A stretch of DNA of 55,228 bases, counting the filler, from Circinaria calcarea (lineage: Eukaryota), in the NCBI GenBank assembly GCA_051942165.1. It is 3 parts of 3 records of this genome, joined end to end, with 100 filler letters (N's around TTAATTAATTAA, not from the genome) between each part and the next. Parts side by side here need not be neighbours in the genome. Positions count along the whole stretch, not along the records: positions 36,897 to 55,228 come from JAVECS010000238.1; 2 more parts are not named here. One strand, written 5' to 3'. The notes under the pieces were generated by a model. That model saw only the letters and a program-made list of their open reading frames with translations. It had not been told where the DNA came from and did no database searches. The translations under genes were made by a program, and so were the position numbers. Below are positions 48,988 through 55,228 of the stretch, piece by piece; position 1 is the stretch's first letter, and each line of letters begins with the position of its first letter.

Positions 48988-50888
48988 GATGGGCTAGAAG
49001 ACCGGTTGAATGGACAAGTTTAGGTATTGATCCTAAACGTCTTTGTTTATCTCTCCGCCTATGTTATGAGTCATCGAGATTCGCCCCCAACATTTGATAA
49101 ATCCCAAGCCGAGTCCATTGAATTCATAACCATTAGGTGTCCTGTATACATCCGTCGATATTATATTATGTCCTTGGCGTGCAAGGGACCGCTTGCCATA
49201 TCCTTGTGATATGCGCATTGTAGTTAGTCGGGGTTTATGGTGTGTGTTACACAATCTGAAATACCCCACGCGCCAGGCTGAGAAGTAGGTTTCCCAGAAC
49301 CTTCAAGGACAGTGGTGGTTGAATCTGCGTTCAGCCTGCGTCGGGAGTTAGAAACTCTCCCGGAAGCGACAGGCTCTTGAGAATGATTTGCATCACCCCT
49401 CAATTGCGATCTGGAGGATTAGCGGTCTGGAGTTGGCTCGGCTGTGGCTCGAGGGGCGGCATGGCGTGCAGGACCAAGTCTACTACACCTACTCGAAGAC
49501 CCCATACCTTCACCGAGGACCACGCACTCTTCATCAGACTTTGCCTCATTGCGAATCACCCCAACGGCTTGTACCTTGAACCTGGTCCGGGGGGGTCAGC
49601 CAGAGGCTCAGAGCGGCGCCTAGATACTGGTCGGGGTTCACCATGTGCCCAAATTGGATCTGAGACCCTTCTCTCGATAACCCCTATGCCCAAGAGTAGT
49701 ACCGTGAAAATTCTGCTCTGTACGCTTTAGTGATGATCGGTTAGCCTGTGCAGTCCGCATCAACGTCGAGGTTTCATTACTTGTCTCACGGGCGGGCCAG
49801 TCGCTGCCTGGGAGTTCTCCGCATACACCGAGCAGCTCTACTCCACAGTCCAATAAAGCTGTGCCGTGTGCGAGCAGAGTATGATTTCGAGTTGCACATG
49901 CCTCGAGTCGAGCTCCCTGTCATTATGATTCATCGCTGTAAGACAGTAAGCCTGCCACCTTGATGTTCTCTACGCCATGCATGGGCGCATATTCATTCAG
50001 AAGCTATGCAACCTCAGCCTCCCCAGGACCATTCGAGGAAATGAGCCGGGCACAGCAACAGGCTTGAAGAGCTCGTCCAGTCATTTTTGATTTTGGGGAG
50101 GAAGTCTCAGATGGCAGCAACAGACAACCCTGAAGACAGCTTGTTGACTGTAGAAACCTTTTGGACGAGTTGCCTGAGATGTCGCCAACATGAAACTCCA
50201 GGACAATAGTTGTAGGTATTAGAAGGCCTATTATTCTTTGCTGAGGCCGACGACAATAGCGCAGGTGTGTGCGCCAGTAGTCGGAGTTAAGGTTAGAACT
50301 GCACCATTCACCTTAGCGTTACGGGTCCGTCCAAGTCAAAGGGAAGTGCTTAATTTGCTAGCGACATGTGTGGGCAGGCTGCACGGTATTGCTCTCTATT
50401 CAGACGACCGAGCCCACCTCCATCTTCATCTCCATTATTCTTATTCTTATTCTTATTCTCTCTGTACCATATCACAATATTCACACATAGATTAGCATCC
50501 GTGGGGAATCGTTGTCTTTGCTGTGCCGTTCATGCTTCCTCGTAACTTTGCTTGACAACATCGCTCTGCTGGAAAGATTGGTATTCCACTGAGCTCTTGC
50601 GACCCATGGCCTAGGGAACTCCAACTTCCGTGGCTGGATATCCGTTTGCTCCAATTCTAATGCCATAATCGTTTGACCGTGGTCGAACACGTTAGCGTAC
50701 GTGGACCACGGATATTTCGATGATGTCGTTGCTTACATCGTAACGACCAGACAGCTAACTTACCGGAACCTTCCGTGGTTACCATGTGCCAACTTCGTAC
50801 ATGACCTACAAAAGCTCCCTCTCCTCGTGCTTGCATACTTGATCGAATCAACCTTTCCGTTCGCCTTTCCCTGTCCTCTTTATCCGCC

Positions 50889-53800
50889 ATGCACCGACTT
50901 TCACGACCAGAAGGCTTGGACCTTGCAACAGCCCAGATCCAAGCAAATTACAACAACACGCCGAGGAACCGTGTTTCCATGTCCCCCTCGCAGTCTCTGA
51001 TGTCAGTCCCTTCTACAAATCCAGAGCCGGCATACATCGCTGCTTCGGCTGCCTCGCAGATCGTGACGGGTGGACACCAGAGTCAACACCGTGAGCTCGA
51101 GGAGAAAGGAAACTATCTGAAGAACCATAGTACGGTGGTCTCTCCTGCTTCTCTTCATCTGGTCAACGCCTTCCTTGATCGGCTGCTGTTCAACTTCCTT
51201 GCCAGCGCTCGAGCTACGTCGCTGGCATCGCTTCGACGGGCCGTGACGGAAGTGCTCAAACCTCGATTAGCAAAAGAAGCAATCACCGGTGCCGATGAGG
51301 AACTGAAGGAATACTTGGGAGGAGAAGATGACGAAGAGCTACTGGCATTTCACAATGAACAAGAATCATCTAACGAATGGGATTTGGACCTAGTCTGGAA
51401 GAGGATCCGACTTCGATGCATGGTATACACGCGTCTAGGGGACATGGAAGAAGATGATGAGCAAATGTACATTGAGCAGGAGCATCTGAAGGACACAGGC
51501 GAATCCCGAGGCTCCTCGGGAGATCATGGAAGCGTTTCGCCGGCTGTCGCAATATTTTTGACAGCGATCCTCGAATTCATTGGGGAGCTAGCATTGACGG
51601 TGGCGGGCGAGGCAGCATACAAGAGGCTTGCAAATGAGCGACCTCGCAACGAAAAGCGTAAACCAGGTGCGCTGCGGAGAGTGGTTGTTGAGGAGACGGA
51701 CATGGAGAAAGTGGCCTTCAACACGACTCTAGGACGACTTTGGCGTTCATGGAGGAATCTCCTACGATCACCAAAGACCTCCTTTTCGAAAAGCACGGTG
51801 TACGATCCGGTGAACCTAGCAGCTTTGCGCAACGGGTCGGGAAATTCGGCCAGCAGGAAGCGAAGCCTTAGCGCTGCCGATGGCCATTCGCTGTTGTCCG
51901 AATCCGGGGAACATTCAGTTGATGAAACGGTTGAGCCTGAGACTATCCCGCTACCATCAACAGATCATGATGTTGCAGAGATTGAAGTCCCGGGGTACTC
52001 TCCTATGGCGGTCCGACGCGCTGGAAGTATGTCCGATAAAGCCTTCACCAATCGACCGTACAGCACGGTGATCGCCCCACAGTCGAGTGTTGGCCCATTC
52101 ACCCCTGATTCGTCTCATCCGCATACTCCTATTTCTACACAGAGATGGGTCGACGATGAAATACTTTCATCGAGGCATCACCGATCTAGTTCATTGCCAA
52201 CTCCTACACAGACGCCTTTTGTTCTTGCTCCGGAGTACCCAACTTTAGTATCAAATGCTAGTTCTCCAGCTAAACACCCAGATGTAGCAGCAATACCGGA
52301 GGATCCGACCAAACCTAGTCATGATCTTGCGTTACGAGATCAGCCCGAAGGCACAAGCCAGAACTCTCAGACTCTCATCGAACGACCTATTGGGAAATCG
52401 AACTCCGCACCAACAACCCCTTTTCAAGGCTCGGTACTCAACGCCATATCTCGGCATGCTGCAAGGGAACTGGAAGCTTCGTCGAGCGCGACTTCAGAAG
52501 TATCGAACACCAAACTTGATGCTTTCGAGGAAGAAAGAATAAACGATTCGCAAAACCTTTCGGTGGCGAGTACGGAGATGCCCCGAGATCCAAGACAAAT
52601 GCAGTTCCACTCTTCTCCACAGGTCCAGACTTTTGCTATCGGCGATGTCTCACCTATGGTCGGCGAGTTCTCACAATCGGGGCCGATGACCACGGAGTCC
52701 GGTGATGTTTCTCCCATCGAATCGAGCCCCGAGACTCATGCATTCCCATGTGAGCAGGTTAACTTCAGCACCGATACCGTAAGAAGATACGAACACTACG
52801 CGTACCCAGCGCAAGTCTACCGGGCTCCGTTGCCCTCATATCAACAAAAGTTAGGTCATCATTCCGAGTACCCTCACTTGCGCTCTACACAGGGGCGCCA
52901 ACGTAGAACGGACGGTCCTACCGACGAGGATATTGCCAAAGACGACAAACGCGAAGCATATGTTGTGTTTGATGAAGTTCCTTCATCTCGGAGTTCTGGC
53001 GCATCTTCACTTTCTGGCAAGGACTTACAGCTTGATGGGACTATTACGAGTAAGAAGATTCGAACACCCGGCTCCGAGAACGGGATTTCTCCTTCGACGC
53101 CGTTACGCGGGATGTTGGAGGTGGCTCGTAACAATTCGAGCGGAGGGCCAAACTCAACACCGGGACAGGTGGATCGCTCGCAAATTCATCGTGGTGCAAG
53201 ATCTGCTCCTCAATCGTCCTCAATACAAGTCCATGCTAGAGCTCCATCGTCGGCGAGTAAACACTCGGATCTACGACTTCAACTCCCTACAGTCTACACA
53301 GGACAAGGCGTTGATCGAGCCGCTGTACAACGGGTATCGCCTTCGCCAACGTCCATCAGAGAACCAAGCACACCGCAAGGCAGGCGATCAGACAGTAGCA
53401 ATCGTGATATGCGGTCCAACTATGCTTCGGCTTCTAGCGCTTCACCGTCGTCGTCCCACAAGCTCAAAGGGCAAATCGGACGCCAGTATGGGGAAGATGT
53501 TCGTCCACTCGTACAGACGCGGACTTCTAGCGATGGAACTCATAGTGTTCCCGACGAAAAGCACATGATCATGATTGACGATTCCAAGAACAAGCATACG
53601 AGCTTTGAACGGCTCATCAAAAGCGATGAAACAATCCAATACACATTGACCCCCCAGAATATGCGTGAGATTGAGGTTCGTCAAGATGTCCTCCAGGCAG
53701 TCAATGGTGTTGCTGACAGAAGACAGGCGCAGGATTCACCCAGATGGAGTTCTTATAAACGATCCGATACTCCTGAATCAACGGATTATTCCAACGTCAA

Positions 53801-55228
53801 CGAGCCAATTCTGGTACCGAATCAACCAAATACAGGGCGCTCTGCGGTCGCATCCACTAAAAATTCGAATGGCTTCCGATCCAATCCCACCAGTACCACA
53901 CCAAGGTCAACCTCTGACGTAGCTACTGTGACGATGGCCCCAAAGCCGAGCTTTCAGAACAAATCTGGTCCGATTGAGACACGTGGTGGTATTCAAGCCG
54001 TGGCACGAGATCCTAAGGTGGAAAAAGGCACTACTCGAGACTTTGCAGATTTCATCCGATCAACTGGGCCTGAGCAAGTAGGCAAATCCTTACCTAGTAT
54101 TCCACCGTCCAGTCCAACGACGGTTTCGCGCTCGGGCATAGCGGTCAATGGTCCTTTGCGTCCCCCGGGACCTTTACAGCCTACAAGTCCCAGGACGCTA
54201 ACGAAGCCAGCTGTAGGGCTGAGTTCCCTGCCTAGAAAGCTGAGTGAGACGAAGGCTCCGAAGAAGCCAGTCCAACGCTTGCAAGCTCGCGATGCTCAGA
54301 TCAATCGAAGCGACGAGAGCTCCGAGCTTATAGACTTCATCCGGCAAGGGCCGACTGTTGATGGCGTCCATCGAATCCCTCGGACTGTTGCACCATTCCG
54401 TACCACTATGGATTCGGACGAGATCCAAGATCTGGGAGATGGAAGATCCAAAGACGCAAGATCTGTTACGAGCACTCAGGATGATTCATTGCTTACAAAG
54501 TCATTGCATTCGTCTGTCAACTCTAGGACTGGACTTCTCGATTCGTCGAGTAAGATCAACGCCAACTTTGGAACTTCATCCTCCTTCGAGAAGCCTACGC
54601 GCCCCAAGGAGCCTCCTCACCCAATGCGTAAACAGCGACGCGTCAAAGATCCGTATGCTGTGGATTCCGATACAGATGAAGGAGACGAAACCATGCATAC
54701 GTCGCAGCCACACATGCGTGAAGAGAGCTTGATTGATTTCCTCAACAGCGGGCCGCCACCTTCTATCGTTCCGTCTGCGTTTGACAACATGCCTAGTCCG
54801 AATGGCAAGACACTACAGAGAAAGGTCAGCGCTCCTAGTATGCGGGCACGCTTTACGGGTAGTAGTCTTGCCAGCGCCGGTCTCAAGTCTCCAGGGTTGA
54901 GAAGCCCTCAGTCTACTGCTGTTTCTCCAAATCATTATGAAAGAGCCGGGATACGTGATGCAGTTTCTCCTCAGCCGAGAGAAATCTCGTCTCGTCACAA
55001 CGCGCCTATTAATAGTGGGGTCGCCAAGCCGAAGTCGTCGCAGCCTTCGTTTGCCGAACGTCAACGGATTGAACCTAGGCGTGCCGGAGCGAGACCAATC
55101 CAAGCTCGCATAGAGGGAGCCCAGGAAATGGACAATATGAGAGAGCTTGCCGACTTCCTTAAGAATACCAAACCACCAGAGCACCCACAAACTTATATGC
55201 CGAGTGCAACCAAAGAGGAGAGTAGTGG
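50889..55228 (+). CDS. Large uncharacterised fungal protein (partial): N-terminal histone-fold-like region, disordered middle, repeated C-terminal DF(L/I) motifs
   Basis: Frame open from ATG 50889 (or 50979) to the window edge, which is why the ORF track omits it. Blocks PEPAYIAASAASQIV, LVWKRIRLRCMVYTRLGDMEE, SFERLIKSDETIQYTLTP; probable in-frame intron 53676-53726. Confidence 0.85.
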   Translation, partial: MHRLSRPEGLDLATAQIQANYNNTPRNRVSMSPSQSLMSVPSTNPEPAYIAASAASQIVTGGHQSQHRELEEKGNYLKNHSTVVSPASLHLVNAFLDRLLFNFLASARATSLASLRRAVTEVLKPRLAKEAITGADEELKEYLGGEDDEELLAFHNEQESSNEWDLDLVWKRIRLRCMVYTRLGDMEEDDEQMYIEQEHLKDTGESRGSSGDHGSVSPAVAIFLTAILEFIGELALTVAGEAAYKRLANERPRNEKRKPGALRRVVVEETDMEKVAFNTTLGRLWRSWRNLLRSPKTSFSKSTVYDPVNLAALRNGSGNSASRKRSLSAADGHSLLSESGEHSVDETVEPETIPLPSTDHDVAEIEVPGYSPMAVRRAGSMSDKAFTNRPYSTVIAPQSSVGPFTPDSSHPHTPISTQRWVDDEILSSRHHRSSSLPTPTQTPFVLAPEYPTLVSNASSPAKHPDVAAIPEDPTKPSHDLALRDQPEGTSQNSQTLIERPIGKSNSAPTTPFQGSVLNAISRHAARELEASSSATSEVSNTKLDAFEEERINDSQNLSVASTEMPRDPRQMQFHSSPQVQTFAIGDVSPMVGEFSQSGPMTTESGDVSPIESSPETHAFPCEQVNFSTDTVRRYEHYAYPAQVYRAPLPSYQQKLGHHSEYPHLRSTQGRQRRTDGPTDEDIAKDDKREAYVVFDEVPSSRSSGASSLSGKDLQLDGTITSKKIRTPGSENGISPSTPLRGMLEVARNNSSGGPNSTPGQVDRSQIHRGARSAPQSSSIQVHARAPSSASKHSDLRLQLPTVYTGQGVDRAAVQRVSPSPTSIREPSTPQGRRSDSSNRDMRSNYASASSASPSSSHKLKGQIGRQYGEDVRPLVQTRTSSDGTHSVPDEKHMIMIDDSKNKHTSFERLIKSDETIQYTLTPQNMREIEVRQDVLQAVNGVADRRQAQDSPRWSSYKRSDTPESTDYSNVNEPILVPNQPNTGRSAVASTKNSNGFRSNPTSTTPRSTSDVATVTMAPKPSFQNKSGPIETRGGIQAVARDPKVEKGTTRDFADFIRSTGPEQVGKSLPSIPPSSPTTVSRSGIAVNGPLRPPGPLQPTSPRTLTKPAVGLSSLPRKLSETKAPKKPVQRLQARDAQINRSDESSELIDFIRQGPTVDGVHRIPRTVAPFRTTMDSDEIQDLGDGRSKDARSVTSTQDDSLLTKSLHSSVNSRTGLLDSSSKINANFGTSSSFEKPTRPKEPPHPMRKQRRVKDPYAVDSDTDEGDETMHTSQPHMREESLIDFLNSGPPPSIVPSAFDNMPSPNGKTLQRKVSAPSMRARFTGSSLASAGLKSPGLRSPQSTAVSPNHYERAGIRDAVSPQPREISSRHNAPINSGVAKPKSSQPSFAERQRIEPRRAGARPIQARIEGAQEMDNMRELADFLKNTKPPEHPQTYMPSATKEESS

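Overview
Gene-dense, intron-rich genomic DNA from a filamentous ascomycete (Pezizomycotina-type: short GT-AG introns with CTRAY branch points). I reconstructed about 19 protein-coding genes by hand: DUF1295 steroid-reductase-like, GT71 alpha-1,2-mannosyltransferase, VCX1, GH81 glucanase, S10 carboxypeptidase, AHA1, an HhH-like hypothetical protein, an expansin/RlpA-like secreted protein, CCZ1, nuclear PABP2-like, RSP5/HulA, AHC1-like, Alba-like, VTC1 (absent from the ORF track), glutamine synthetase, a small Cys-rich ORF, an ABCB/MDR transporter, a SAM methyltransferase, and a large uncharacterised protein running off the right edge. Two 100-nt assembly gaps carry an artificial TTAATTAATTAA linker. 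The best leads are: (1) a box C/D snoRNA candidate in a 5'-UTR intron of AHA1, with a D' guide predicting 18S Gm562 (yeast numbering) and an unassigned D guide; (2) the large protein, with an apparent tandem H2B-H2A histone fold and four (L/F)xDF(L/I)-x3-4-P repeats; (3) a ~708-bp PIF/Harbinger-like MITE; (4) recurrent C-rich-to-G-rich skew-switch islands near convergent gene ends. No novel multi-gene system can be proven from the sequence alone. All family calls come from recognised motifs, not database searches.
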